Below are positions 19,421-29,962 of a stretch of DNA of 64,000 nt, piece after piece. Position 1 is the stretch's first letter, and every line of letters begins with the position of its first letter. The DNA is from a virus. The stretch covers positions 38,002 to 102,001 of the IMG/VR virus record IMGVR_UViG_3300026078_000022. One strand, 5' to 3'. Both the position numbers and the translations under genes were made by a program. Under the pieces are notes generated by a model. That model was not told the origin of the DNA. It saw nothing but the letters and a program-made list of their open reading frames with translations, and made no database searches.

Positions 19421-21949
19421 TTATTCAGTTATTGGCGTTAATTCTTTACGTTGTTCCTTTGCGTCTTCCAATTCAGCCTTTTGTTTATTTTCTTCGAGAC
19501 GATTTTGCTTACGTTGATCACTTAGAATTGCCATTGATTGCGTTTTTTGCTTGGTTAGTTGATCTTGAAGGGCTGCATCAATTTGACCTTGTGTTTGTAT
19601 ATTCTGATCTTTGGCTTGTCCTTTCGCTTGATTTAACATCATGGCTGTTTGTAATTGCATTTGTTGCAATTCTTTGGCGCGTTCGTGTTGCACTGCTTCC
19701 ATATCCGCCTTTTCACGCGCACGTCTTTTAGCCGCCAATGATAATAATACAGCACCATACTTGTAATTCTCCTGAATGGTATCAATAATCATTTCTACAT
19801 CTTCAAAACTTATTTCTCCATCCCGTAACATTTGAGTAGTAAGTTCTGTATAATATTGCTTCTTAGCTTGTGTATCTTCGAGAGTTACGGTTAACCCTAT
19901 TTCTTCAGGTTGCAATTCTTCCACCGATTCCAATAACATGGCATTAGCTACTCCTACTACACTTTCAAACTCATTCCATCGTTGCTTATAATTAAGTTGT
20001 TTCCGTTCCTTTGTTATATTTATCAGGAATTGCACGCATCGCTCCCCAAACATAACTAGAAATTCACGCGCTGGCATTTCGATAAACCATAAGCCATCCC
20101 GTGTAGCTGCTATTGAAGCCTGAATGCCTGCTACGGCTGTACGCGGTTTAGGATCGGCTCCTTCCGTAATATCATTTTGAGCAAGCGATAAAGTCAAAAG
20201 GTTGTATTGTTCCAATATCAATTTCAAGAACCGTTCAGCTTTATCCAAATGCTTTGTATCAACCAGTACAAAGAATTTGCTAGGATCTTGAACTACCACA
20301 TTACCGTTCTTATCCCTGAATTTCATAAAAGCAATTCCACCTTGTCGCATTGCTTTCCATTGTTCCATGCCTGCATCAATGCCATTGCCCCCTGTTGGCT
20401 TATCTGGATTGCCGGGATCTACTTTATTTTTTTCATCCACCGCTTTTAAAAGACCGGATATGAAATCCCAATCTATTACCATGCTTGTGGTATCCTGAAC
20501 AATACAGTTTTGGAACTTATGCCAAAGCGTACGAATCTTAGGCATGTATGCTTCTTTTATGTCCGTGAAAGACATTCTTTCGTCTTTCCAGATAACCAAT
20601 GAACTTTTAGCATACCGCATATCAACGCCGTAACGATACATATCAATATCCTTTTTTATATTGAATATGTATCTGGATTGCCATGCCCAATCTATTGGTG
20701 CATTACGAGATAGTCTTTCTCCCGGTGGTGGTACATAATAACAACTATACCAGACATTGTAAATCTTTTGTCGCTGTTCTGTTTTATATTTATTGGGAGT
20801 ATTTTTATGGGGTAACCAGCTTAATGGCTTTCGTTCCCAAACGGGGATACGATTATTTACATAGCTTTCTGAAAACTTATCGGCATCCTGAGTAAGACAA
20901 GAAAGTTTACCTATTCTTATTTTGGCATTGCTTCCTTTAACGCTTTTTGCTCCTTTCCAATCCATGCCGTGCGCAGCGCCTTGCGTTTTGTTTATCTCAA
21001 AAACTTCTTTCAGTTCTTCGTCAGAAAGTTTAGTAGCAAATTGACGCACAAATTCAGCAAAGGTTATATCTTTTTCATAAAACCAGAATTGAATATCCTC
21101 CCCGTTTTTTTCGTTGAATGAACTGGTGAAAAGTTGGTCTGGTTCAAGATATTCTACTAGACCACGGCCTGTAGTTTCATCAATAGTCCATGTTCCGCAA
21201 GCTCTATTAAAGTGCTTCAGGTCATTATTAAAGCTCTGACATTTTACATGCCACTTGTTGAGGTTGATTAGATAATGACTGATACCTAGCTCGAATGCTC
21301 TTTCAATATCGCCCTTGTACACATAAGAATCGTATAAAGCTAAGTCCTGACTATCTTTTAATTGATTCCGGATGTAATCGACTATGTTACCTATCGTATC
21401 AACCATTTCGTCGCCTTTTTCTTGGCTTAATGATTGAACATAGGCATAAGGAGATTCACTTTCACTTATAGGAGGATAACCTATTTCGACTAGAATTTCA
21501 TTTAAAATTCCACGGAAAGCATTTTGGTAAAGGATTTTGTACTTTTCTTTTATGCGTTGCCCTTTGGCAAACTTGTCGATTTCGTTTACCTGAATCTGGT
21601 TTACTATCCCTATTTTATCGAGTTTGGCCCGGACAATATTATCAATATGTACATCTATGGGGCATGTTTTCCAATCGGCTGCGAAGTATTGTGCTTTACC
21701 GCCTCCACCCATTGGAGTAGGGGGATCAATCAAATTGATGTAATCTTGCTTGTCTATTTCTCCACGTTCTAACCTGCGATATTCTCGTTTTCGTTTAGTG
21801 TTTAGGAAACATACACCTGCCTGTTTTGCGTAAAACAAGAACTGACTCATCCAAAGCTGGCCTTTGTCTTCGGATGGCATAAACGTAATGTCACTATAAA
21901 AAGTTGTGTTATCGCGAACCGGTAGATTATTCCCTTTCTTTTCGGCCAT
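19421..21949 (-). CDS. Portal protein
   Basis: 842 aa with long C-terminal Gln-rich coiled coil (barrel); lies between terminase and scaffold/MCP. Confidence 0.8.
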   Translation of the reverse strand: MAEKKGNNLPVRDNTTFYSDITFMPSEDKGQLWMSQFLFYAKQAGVCFLNTKRKREYRRLERGEIDKQDYINLIDPPTPMGGGGKAQYFAADWKTCPIDVHIDNIVRAKLDKIGIVNQIQVNEIDKFAKGQRIKEKYKILYQNAFRGILNEILVEIGYPPISESESPYAYVQSLSQEKGDEMVDTIGNIVDYIRNQLKDSQDLALYDSYVYKGDIERAFELGISHYLINLNKWHVKCQSFNNDLKHFNRACGTWTIDETTGRGLVEYLEPDQLFTSSFNEKNGEDIQFWFYEKDITFAEFVRQFATKLSDEELKEVFEINKTQGAAHGMDWKGAKSVKGSNAKIRIGKLSCLTQDADKFSESYVNNRIPVWERKPLSWLPHKNTPNKYKTEQRQKIYNVWYSCYYVPPPGERLSRNAPIDWAWQSRYIFNIKKDIDMYRYGVDMRYAKSSLVIWKDERMSFTDIKEAYMPKIRTLWHKFQNCIVQDTTSMVIDWDFISGLLKAVDEKNKVDPGNPDKPTGGNGIDAGMEQWKAMRQGGIAFMKFRDKNGNVVVQDPSKFFVLVDTKHLDKAERFLKLILEQYNLLTLSLAQNDITEGADPKPRTAVAGIQASIAATRDGLWFIEMPAREFLVMFGERCVQFLINITKERKQLNYKQRWNEFESVVGVANAMLLESVEELQPEEIGLTVTLEDTQAKKQYYTELTTQMLRDGEISFEDVEMIIDTIQENYKYGAVLLSLAAKRRAREKADMEAVQHERAKELQQMQLQTAMMLNQAKGQAKDQNIQTQGQIDAALQDQLTKQKTQSMAILSDQRKQNRLEENKQKAELEDAKEQRKELTPITE

Positions 21950-21967
21950 TATATCAATAATTTATAC

Positions 21968-21975
21968 CAAATCTA
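21968..21975 (-). promoter_or_regulatory. Bacteroidota -7 promoter box upstream of portal
   Basis: TAGATTTG matches TAnnTTTG. Confidence 0.45.
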
Positions 21976-21997
21976 GTGATTTTTAAATATTATTTCA

Positions 21998-22591
21998 TTA
22001 TCCTTTATAATCACTATAGATACTCATATCAAATTCCCGTTTGTATCGTTCTTTATTTAATTCCCAATTTATGCCAGAACCGATTACCGTAAACCCAAAT
22101 CCTTTATGTCTCAGATCAAGGGGCCAGCCTAATCTAATGGGGTACAGTTTAATATTAGTTTCCCCACAACATCTGCAAAGCCCTATTTTATTGCTTTTTA
22201 ACTGTTTGGGAATGTATTTGTCCCCTTCTAACATACAATCATAACAAATATCAGGGGGCAGTAATTTTGGGTGTTTAGGCTCAGGCTGTTTATTTAAAAC
22301 CTGCCAATTGATACATTCAAATACTCCATCACGTATCCAAATTCTACGGGTAAAATGATGACGAAGTTTTCTTATTTCTCTTAACGTAAGGGGTTCAGTA
22401 GCTTCATAAATTTCTTTCTTTAAATCCGCGTCCACACGCACATGAGTATATTCTGTCTTTCTATATTGATCCCCAACTTTAACTATTTGTCCGTAATGAG
22501 AATGCCCATCTACCAAAAGGACTTCCGGCCATTTGAATAGAATACCGCCCCATTTAGCCTGTGTAAAAAGTTTTAATCTTCTAAACTTCAT
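21998..22591 (-). CDS. Hypothetical protein with Zn-finger-like CxxC motifs
   Basis: ICYDC...LCRCC. Confidence 0.55.
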   Translation of the reverse strand: MKFRRLKLFTQAKWGGILFKWPEVLLVDGHSHYGQIVKVGDQYRKTEYTHVRVDADLKKEIYEATEPLTLREIRKLRHHFTRRIWIRDGVFECINWQVLNKQPEPKHPKLLPPDICYDCMLEGDKYIPKQLKSNKIGLCRCCGETNIKLYPIRLGWPLDLRHKGFGFTVIGSGINWELNKERYKREFDMSIYSDYKG

Positions 22592-22601
22592 AACAACTTA
22601 T

Positions 22602-23753
22602 TTAATCAATTCGAGCCAAAACATCCACATCATTAATGCACGAAAATTTCTTCCCGTCAATCATTACCGAAAACACGTCGAAGTCATTAACTAATACCTT
22701 CATGCCGGGTACAATATCGTAATTTTCTGTACTTTCTTTTGCTACTGAAAGTACCTCTCGTTCAATAACCATTTCAGTTTCATAATATATTAATCCACTA
22801 CGAGTTACCTTTCCTACTACGTTACTTTTATGCTCCAATAATACAAAAGGTTCGCGGGGATGTATATTGCTATCTCTGACTACGGCTATTAGGGATGAAA
22901 GATTATCGTAGTCCCCTTTGAACCAAACAGCTTGTGTTCTGTTTCCTTTTCTGTTTTCATGCACAATATTATCATCTTCGTGGCGTGTGGTAATGGCATC
23001 CACTACCACTAATTTATCCGCCCCATCATACCCTACAATAATATCATCGTTATTATCTACAAGGTAATGGATTATGGCGGTATCGTCAGGTAAGACATTT
23101 TCAACATTGGCCCCTGCTTCAATAACTTGCCCCCCTGATACGAATATTTCGGCTTTCCTATCGTTCAGTGTATTTTCATCTACGGTTATAAATAGTAAAG
23201 CAGGTGTACCATCGTCACGAATTATTCGCTTTCTGAAAAGACTTTCTCTACTTTCTTTGGTTATTTTTATCAATACAAAATCAGGATTCGGAATAAGTTT
23301 ACTTCCCATTTCTTTAGCTAACACATTTTTTTCTGCCACTAACACATACTCTTTGCCATCTTTAGAATAAGATAGTATTTCAGATTGCCCACGGAAGTAA
23401 ATTAAGTCTCCCGGCTGATAATAATTCGCGTCACTACCTGATTCAACTACTCTCCCGTAATTTTTCAGATCCCGGTTTATGATATTCTTAACTTTTTCGT
23501 CGTATACCTTATTCTCTTTTTCTTCCTTAGCTATATCATGTATCCCGTGTTTCTTTTTACTATGCTCAATAAGTTTTGATGTAAGGTCATTCTTTTGAAA
23601 TGGCTTTTTAAAAACTATATCGGACATTGCTTCTTCAAACTCAGAAAAATTATCTAGGCTTTTACCATCCATAATGTATAAGCCAGATTCGGTCATTTCT
23701 TCTGAAACGTGTTCTAACCTTTCTATTAAAACTGTATTACGTAATGGTTTCAT
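22602..23753 (-). CDS. Co-chaperonin GroES-like protein with three tandem Cpn10 domains
   Basis: MKPLRNTVLIE..TESGLYI..GRVVESG..PGD..DGKEYVLVAEKNVLA; second PNPDFVLI..GQVIEAG; third PREPFVLL..TRSGLIY..PGMKVL..DGKKFSCINDVDVLA. Confidence 0.8.
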   Translation of the reverse strand: MKPLRNTVLIERLEHVSEEMTESGLYIMDGKSLDNFSEFEEAMSDIVFKKPFQKNDLTSKLIEHSKKKHGIHDIAKEEKENKVYDEKVKNIINRDLKNYGRVVESGSDANYYQPGDLIYFRGQSEILSYSKDGKEYVLVAEKNVLAKEMGSKLIPNPDFVLIKITKESRESLFRKRIIRDDGTPALLFITVDENTLNDRKAEIFVSGGQVIEAGANVENVLPDDTAIIHYLVDNNDDIIVGYDGADKLVVVDAITTRHEDDNIVHENRKGNRTQAVWFKGDYDNLSSLIAVVRDSNIHPREPFVLLEHKSNVVGKVTRSGLIYYETEMVIEREVLSVAKESTENYDIVPGMKVLVNDFDVFSVMIDGKKFSCINDVDVLARID

Positions 23754-24049
23754 ATATATTGATATGCAATGCTATTTTCCTTGTTAATTAATATTTTTTG
23801 CCCATTAAAATATAAGTAATATGTATCTATTATGTAATCCTCTTTGAAATATAAGCACGAAAAATTCAAGTATAACCAATTTGTCATTTCTTTGTATAAA
23901 TCTTTATTTACAACTATGCTTAGTATTTCTTCATAATGTTCATCTTTTAAAATATTGCATATCGTTTCTAATACGGTAATATCAAATTTCTCAAAGTCTA
24001 CCGTAAAAGCATTCCCTTTATCGGATAATTTAAAAGATATTGATTGCAT
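23750..24049 (-). CDS. Hypothetical protein
   Basis: Coupled ORF. Confidence 0.55.
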   Translation of the reverse strand: MQSISFKLSDKGNAFTVDFEKFDITVLETICNILKDEHYEEILSIVVNKDLYKEMTNWLYLNFSCLYFKEDYIIDTYYLYFNGQKILINKENSIAYQYI

Positions 24050-24056
24050 ATAATAT

Positions 24057-26081
24057 TTAATTTCTTACCGGATTCAGTTCCATTAATTTTTTCATCATAT
24101 CATCAATGTTACTATCAGTTGCATTAGTGTAAACTATTTGTTTTAATCCATCATGCAACATAATAGTAGCCATTGTAGCGTGTGATTTGGTAGTATTCTG
24201 CATGTCAAAGTTTTTGTAATCAATCAACGCTTCATCGAATGGGAATGTCGCAACCATGTCCTTATCGTTTTCATCTTTTGGTTCAGCGAAATGGGTTATC
24301 AAATTTTGTAAACCATTCTCTACCACTTTCCCTTTGCTATCCGTCCATATTCCCCATTTACCGTCTTTTGGATTTTTAAGCAGGAAGGGGAGCATATTAT
24401 GATCGTCAAACTCTTCTTCGGTTGTTTCGACCTGACGTTCAGCCATGCAAGGATAACCCCAATATTTGCAGGCTTTGATTACTTCTTTATGCGCATCTCG
24501 CGGGTTGTTTGGCCGGTACAACATGAATGCGCAATACTCATTATCTATCCCTGAATTAAAATAATCGAATTTCTTATAAACGATAGCACATGCCTGAGAT
24601 AAGTTATCACTTGTTGTATTGTCGGTTTTATACCGAATAGGGTCATAACCAATACACCCTTCAGGATTGGTAGCCGGAAAATGAACCTTCCCATAAAATC
24701 TATACCTATTTCTGGTATCAATTCCTTTATCTACCGAAAAATAAGGATGCACTGCTACCAACCATACGCCCTCCTGATCTTCCTCAAAGTATATTTTCCC
24801 TTTTTTATCTTCTAGTAAATTACCGCGAACATAAGGTTTTCCATCTCGCGGCATTTGCTTTAATTCCTGTATACGGCTTTCCATACGGATAATTGGGAAG
24901 TATACTTTATCCGTAGCGGCCATTAACCCATGCTTCTTTTCTATTGGCAACCGGCGAAGGGCAAATACGTATTGCTTTGAATTTTTGTCGTACTTATTTA
25001 CTTCACCCCAAATATAGGCTTCTGCTTTATCCCGGTTAATTTTTCCGAATCTTGTATAGGCCGGATCTCTATGCTCTTGTGGAATATCGGCAGAATGAAT
25101 AGCGCCTACAAACCATTCATAAAGGCCACTTGTCGTTCTACCGTTTTGGTCGCGTACTTTCGGGTTACTGTCAAGAATGATTTTGCATCCTTTCTTCACC
25201 GCGTTCAGGTAATCGTCCGAATCTCCCATAGTTGAAAGAACGTCTACCTTTCCTTTGATGCCGTATTCTACTACGCATTTTTTATTAATATCTAGGGTTT
25301 CTTCCGGATCGGCAGTAGTCCACTTAAAACTTTCATCCTGAATGATTAATCTTTTCTTTTCGCCATCCATTGCAGCGGGGGTAGTTGGATAAGGCGTTAC
25401 CTTTCCCCCTAATGGAATATCTTTTTCATCTGAATCATTCAGAATATCAACCCGATTGGATATTAATTCGAGGCTATTACGCGGTTTTTTCCCATTTGGG
25501 GAATAAAATTCCTCCCGCATCCATCTGGGCCGCGAAAGATAGGTATTTACCAGAGGATGCATTAAAGAATTTAAACATTTCTTATACTCATTGCTTTGCA
25601 GGCCGACATATGAATTTTCGTCTTCAAGCAGTGTATAAATGGCTTCCTCAATTTCTTCGGCCGTCATTCCACAACGACGACACTTTAAGATTGCTTTGCC
25701 GTAACTGTTCGTATCCTTTCTGACTAAATCCCTGAAATAGAAGTCAAATCGTTGTTGTTCAAGGTATTCAGCATAACCAAAATCAAATTTATTAATGACA
25801 AGAAAATCCCAGTGCATCCCCGTTATCCATACTGGCTCCCCATTAATAAACATCCAATGCCCATTTAACCACTTATCCCGCATCCCGGAAATGTATTCGA
25901 TACGCTCCCGTTCTGTCATCCTCCTTACATCCTTTATTTCTGGCCGCCTCCATATCTGGTCATGGCGCTTTAGATTATACCCTTCAATGAGTTTTTCATC
26001 TGAAGGCATTTTTGGCAACTGATATTCATATAAATCCCCATCTCCGATAATAATAATATTGTCCTTATTGCGTTTTGCCAT
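24057..26081 (-). CDS. terL: Terminase large subunit
   Basis: KCRRCGMT Walker A variant, IIQDES Walker B, LST motif, IGYDP nuclease motif. Confidence 0.9.
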   Translation of the reverse strand: MAKRNKDNIIIIGDGDLYEYQLPKMPSDEKLIEGYNLKRHDQIWRRPEIKDVRRMTERERIEYISGMRDKWLNGHWMFINGEPVWITGMHWDFLVINKFDFGYAEYLEQQRFDFYFRDLVRKDTNSYGKAILKCRRCGMTAEEIEEAIYTLLEDENSYVGLQSNEYKKCLNSLMHPLVNTYLSRPRWMREEFYSPNGKKPRNSLELISNRVDILNDSDEKDIPLGGKVTPYPTTPAAMDGEKKRLIIQDESFKWTTADPEETLDINKKCVVEYGIKGKVDVLSTMGDSDDYLNAVKKGCKIILDSNPKVRDQNGRTTSGLYEWFVGAIHSADIPQEHRDPAYTRFGKINRDKAEAYIWGEVNKYDKNSKQYVFALRRLPIEKKHGLMAATDKVYFPIIRMESRIQELKQMPRDGKPYVRGNLLEDKKGKIYFEEDQEGVWLVAVHPYFSVDKGIDTRNRYRFYGKVHFPATNPEGCIGYDPIRYKTDNTTSDNLSQACAIVYKKFDYFNSGIDNEYCAFMLYRPNNPRDAHKEVIKACKYWGYPCMAERQVETTEEEFDDHNMLPFLLKNPKDGKWGIWTDSKGKVVENGLQNLITHFAEPKDENDKDMVATFPFDEALIDYKNFDMQNTTKSHATMATIMLHDGLKQIVYTNATDSNIDDMMKKLMELNPVRN

Positions 26082-26145
26082 CCTTTTTTAGTAAATATTT
26101 GAGCTATAAAACTCGATTTTTTGTATATCAAAAGTGACTAAAAAA

Positions 26146-26985
26146 TCAATAATTTAGGGCATATTTGCCCAAAATTTTATTCACTACATCTATCCCCATC
26201 GGAGTTATTTTTATCTTTGCTCCTTTTTTAAATCCGATTTTATTTATATATCCTTTATTTTGTAATAACCCGAACGCCAGTTTTATTTGAGTAGAACTTG
26301 AATTATATGAGTATTTGTATGTATTCTTATATATTTGACTACTAACAACTTCTCTACCATCATAAATAGCAATTAACACTAACCATTCTGGTATTGTTAA
26401 CCCTATTGTCATCACAAAGTTCTTCTTATTTGCCTCATAATGACTGAGGAAATTGGCTATATGGATAGCCTGATTTTTCCATTCCCGTATTGGGAAAGTG
26501 GTACCCTCGTTTTTTAAAGTGGTACCATTCTTTTTATTTACTAAAAATTCGTTTTTTGTCTTAATTAAATAGTTATACGCACTCGATGTTGATAAGTGGT
26601 TAAGATAGGAAAATGCATTTGATAAATCCTTGTCTGCTAAGACAAAAGTACCTGAAGTTAATAGTGTATTAGCCGAATGGGATTCTGGCATTTCATCTTC
26701 CTGCTTCTCCTTTAGCCTTACAAATTCTTCTATTGACATGCCGTTTTCATAATCCTCCACAACGATGAACCAGCGCTTCTTTATGACGCGCCAAAGGACA
26801 TATAATTTGCTAATGAAGGATAACTTAGAGGTGCTTTTAGCCTTGTATTGACCTCCCCGGCGAAACATTTTAAACAGCAATTCGCGTGGGATTTCTTCTT
26901 TTTGCCGTTCTGATAAGTCTGAGGTATTGTTTTCGAAAAATAGGTCGAAATTTTCGCAAATCAGCTCAAACTTTAATTTTTGCAT
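26146..26985 (-). CDS. Protein with C-terminal MarR-like winged helix
   Basis: GLTIPEWLVLIAI...LLQNKGYI...KITPMG. Confidence 0.55.
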   Translation of the reverse strand: MQKLKFELICENFDLFFENNTSDLSERQKEEIPRELLFKMFRRGGQYKAKSTSKLSFISKLYVLWRVIKKRWFIVVEDYENGMSIEEFVRLKEKQEDEMPESHSANTLLTSGTFVLADKDLSNAFSYLNHLSTSSAYNYLIKTKNEFLVNKKNGTTLKNEGTTFPIREWKNQAIHIANFLSHYEANKKNFVMTIGLTIPEWLVLIAIYDGREVVSSQIYKNTYKYSYNSSSTQIKLAFGLLQNKGYINKIGFKKGAKIKITPMGIDVVNKILGKYALNY

Positions 26986-27008
26986 GGGGATTTATCAATT
27001 GCGGTAAT

Positions 27009-27218
27009 TTATTGAGGTATGTAGTTATCGTTTGCTTTGCTCTTTAATTCATATGTCGGAGTAACATTAGCCGGGCAATTGCACCGTTGCTTGTAAAATA
27101 CTAGCTTGCCACATTCACAAGTTTTTCCGTCTAGGTCTAGCATATCTGAAGTTGGTACTACTCCGTTTACTTTATGAACTTCACGGCATGGTATGTTCTG
27201 CTGCTGGTTTTGTTCCAT
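27009..27218 (-). CDS. Small Cys-containing hypothetical protein
   Basis: CECG..CNC; coupled ORF. Confidence 0.5.
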   Translation of the reverse strand: MEQNQQQNIPCREVHKVNGVVPTSDMLDLDGKTCECGKLVFYKQRCNCPANVTPTYELKSKANDNYIPQ

Positions 27219-28179
27219 AAGTTTTATTAATTAAGTTTTCAATTTCCTTAACTCTGCTTTTCCAATTATGATTTTTACGGACAAATTCATATCCCTCCAT
27301 TGATATATTTTGAATATATTCTACATTATTAAGATAGTGATTTATTTTCAATTTTAGCTCATTTATATCACTCCACCAATCCAAATGTTTCCCTCGTTCA
27401 AAAATATGTTCGATGCCGGGAAAGTATTTAGTAAGGCAAAAGCAGCCACAAGCCATTATCCTCCATATACGGTCTGAAGTATACCCCTCCCGATAAAAAT
27501 TATTATGGCATATCGCTATCTTACTAGCGTTGTAAATTTCTCGCTCTTTTGCAGGCGGGATATATTCACTATTAGCCCAATTCATACCTCTACATGAAAA
27601 TCTATCACCATATTCGTTTTTAAGTTCCATCATCACATCATATCTTTCTTGCGCTAATGGGAAATTAAGATTGGTATTTACATAATTTGATCCTATAAAA
27701 CTTATATCATACGAAAATCTTCTGTATATACCTTGATTAAATTCTTTAATTACAGGATAATACATATCCATATCGCAAGAGCTTTGTAACACATAAGATT
27801 TGCCTGCCGGGAATTGTTTCGTTGTTTCTCCATCTGCCACAAGTATCATATTCAGATAGGGTTCTAAATCTTTCATCCACGCAATGTCATCGCGCACATC
27901 AAATGAAAAAAGTATAGTAAACCCTATATCGGATAATTCTTTACAAGTCTCAGGGTCTATTATTTCCGGCGATTGAATATGTATAAATATCAAATCAGGT
28001 TCAATCTGTTTAGCCGCTTCGATGGCCCTAGCTTGAAATCCAAATACTCCTTCATCGAATTTTATCTGCTGCCAATTGATTCCATGATATTCATATCCTG
28101 CTTCAATAAATCCCCTACGCATAAATTCACTGCTGTATTGGGGAGCATCTAATCTGAAGTGTAATACTTTTTTACTCAT
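27181..28179 (-). CDS. GT-B glycosyltransferase (CgeB/Glyco_trans_1_2-like)
   Basis: DISFIGS, YNASKIAI, SDRIWRIMACG, HNWKSRV. Confidence 0.85.
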   Translation of the reverse strand: MSKKVLHFRLDAPQYSSEFMRRGFIEAGYEYHGINWQQIKFDEGVFGFQARAIEAAKQIEPDLIFIHIQSPEIIDPETCKELSDIGFTILFSFDVRDDIAWMKDLEPYLNMILVADGETTKQFPAGKSYVLQSSCDMDMYYPVIKEFNQGIYRRFSYDISFIGSNYVNTNLNFPLAQERYDVMMELKNEYGDRFSCRGMNWANSEYIPPAKEREIYNASKIAICHNNFYREGYTSDRIWRIMACGCFCLTKYFPGIEHIFERGKHLDWWSDINELKLKINHYLNNVEYIQNISMEGYEFVRKNHNWKSRVKEIENLINKTYGTKPAAEHTMP

Positions 28180-28750
28180 TGGGCCACATTTTTTCTACGT
28201 GATAATTTTTTTCGTGTCTCCAATATCCTTTATTATTAAACTCGAATATGTTTTCTGTATAAGCAGTTGCAACGAAACTAAGTACTGTATCATCTGCTAT
28301 TGAGTATCCATTCGCGTCTATAATCTCAAACACTTCGTTGTATTTTTCATAATGCAATACTTTATCAAATAGACCCCTGCTAAATATTAATAATTGACCA
28401 GAAAAGTGTAACGGATTATTTGCATCAATTATACCACCAAAATCAAACTCGTTTTCAAAAGGATCTTTATCTATGATAATATCGGCATCACTTAAAATAA
28501 CCTTGTCGTATCCTTCAGTATTTATTTTCTTTAATTGTTCCAAATACGTTATCACATTACTCTTACCTCCAAAGTTATCACAGAATGGCCGGTAAACTAT
28601 TTGTTCATCAGCTTTGGGTATCCATTTATAATCTGCTTCTTCAGCTAAGAATATCACATCACAATTAATATGGAATACGAATGATTTATAACATAAGTAT
28701 GAGATAAAATCATCTCGTTTGCAAGTGCGTATTATTACTAATGTTTTCAA
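28172..28750 (-). CDS. GT-A-like nucleotide-sugar transferase
   Basis: VILSDADII (DxD), FSGQLLIFS, DDTV. Confidence 0.6.
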   Translation of the reverse strand: MKTLVIIRTCKRDDFISYLCYKSFVFHINCDVIFLAEEADYKWIPKADEQIVYRPFCDNFGGKSNVITYLEQLKKINTEGYDKVILSDADIIIDKDPFENEFDFGGIIDANNPLHFSGQLLIFSRGLFDKVLHYEKYNEVFEIIDANGYSIADDTVLSFVATAYTENIFEFNNKGYWRHEKNYHVEKMWPNE

Positions 28751-29268
28751 GCAGTTACTTTATATTCTCCAAATATCTGGTCTACAAATATAGACAAATC
28801 AATTGTATTACTTACTGCACTTGCCCATGTATTGCCGCCTGTAAGGTTTATACGATATTTATAAAGAGGCCATATCTTATCTAAAAGATAGCCGGTAGCT
28901 GCTGGTTCGCTATCATGGACTACTATAATATCTGACCTGTCTTTCATTATAGCCATAATCTCATGCCTAGATTCTCCCGGTGAATTGTCAACTAAAATGA
29001 CCGAGCTTCTTTTATAAATATCTGCTGTACTCCAATCCGAGATTAAAATACTTCCCATTTGTTCTGCCCATTCAGCATTGTTATCATAGGATATAAATTC
29101 ACGGCTATTATCGAAACAATGCTGTCTTAAATAATTGGTGCTGCCATTACCTGATCCATATTCAACTACCGGATACGGGCTTCGTATAGTAGCTTCTAAT
29201 GCTAACCAAAGCAATGGTAAATGATTGTTCCAATTTGATACGTCCTTTAAAAAATTCTCTTGTGTCAT
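28747..29268 (-). CDS. Class I SAM-dependent methyltransferase
   Basis: VVEYGSGNGST, ILVD, IVVHDSE. Confidence 0.8.
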   Translation of the reverse strand: MTQENFLKDVSNWNNHLPLLWLALEATIRSPYPVVEYGSGNGSTNYLRQHCFDNSREFISYDNNAEWAEQMGSILISDWSTADIYKRSSVILVDNSPGESRHEIMAIMKDRSDIIVVHDSEPAATGYLLDKIWPLYKYRINLTGGNTWASAVSNTIDLSIFVDQIFGEYKVTA

Positions 29269-29810
29269 ATTACATCAAATACTGCTGTTTTCCAATCGGC
29301 GTGTCCTTCCTGCGAATATATTTTACAAGGATATGGTGAAAGCAATTCCCGTGTTTTATCATTGGGTACCCATACGCTAGGTTGATCCCAGTTGTCAATA
29401 ATTAACTTACTGTTAGATTTAAGACAAGATAAAACAGGTTGCACGCATTTATCTCTCCATTCTACTGGTTCGCAATCAATAATGGCAATGTCGAAAGCAC
29501 AATGAGGTAATACATGCTGCATACCTTCTACTATTTTTCCTTCTGCTGGTAGAAAGGACATACTCCTACTTAAATCCATCTTTTCGGTAACTGCAAAGTA
29601 CCAGTCTTTATTCATATCGAAAGCAGCGACCATTGCAGACTTTTTATCCCACCACAGAGTTGAGCTACCCATTCCGATTTCCAAAACGATCTTATCGGAT
29701 AAATCCCATGTTTTAAGTTCATCAAGAAATGATGATACTAACCACGGAAAAAGTAATCCGGTTTCAGGATCGTATCTCTGCCACTCATTTGGTTTTTGCA
29801 GGTCTATCAT
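29265..29810 (-). CDS. Class I SAM-dependent methyltransferase
   Basis: VLEIGMGSST, FDIAIID, LIIDN. Confidence 0.8.
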   Translation of the reverse strand: MIDLQKPNEWQRYDPETGLLFPWLVSSFLDELKTWDLSDKIVLEIGMGSSTLWWDKKSAMVAAFDMNKDWYFAVTEKMDLSRSMSFLPAEGKIVEGMQHVLPHCAFDIAIIDCEPVEWRDKCVQPVLSCLKSNSKLIIDNWDQPSVWVPNDKTRELLSPYPCKIYSQEGHADWKTAVFDVI

Positions 29811-29817
29811 TGAAGTA

Positions 29818-29961
29818 TTACCCTATTAAAAGTATGATTTCAAAAAGGATTATGGGTATGATGCAATACAATATAATCCACAGTTCAGATACATACCTAT
29901 ATCTTGGGTGCCTTATTTTTCTCAACCGATTATCTATTTCTTTATTTTTATCAGTAAGCAT
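29818..29961 (-). CDS. Small single-TM membrane protein (47 aa)
   Basis: Not in track; MLTDKNKEIDNRLRKIRHPRYRYVSELWIILYCIIPIILFEIILLIG fills the gap. Confidence 0.45.
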   Translation of the reverse strand: MLTDKNKEIDNRLRKIRHPRYRYVSELWIILYCIIPIILFEIILLIG

Positions 29962-29962
29962 A

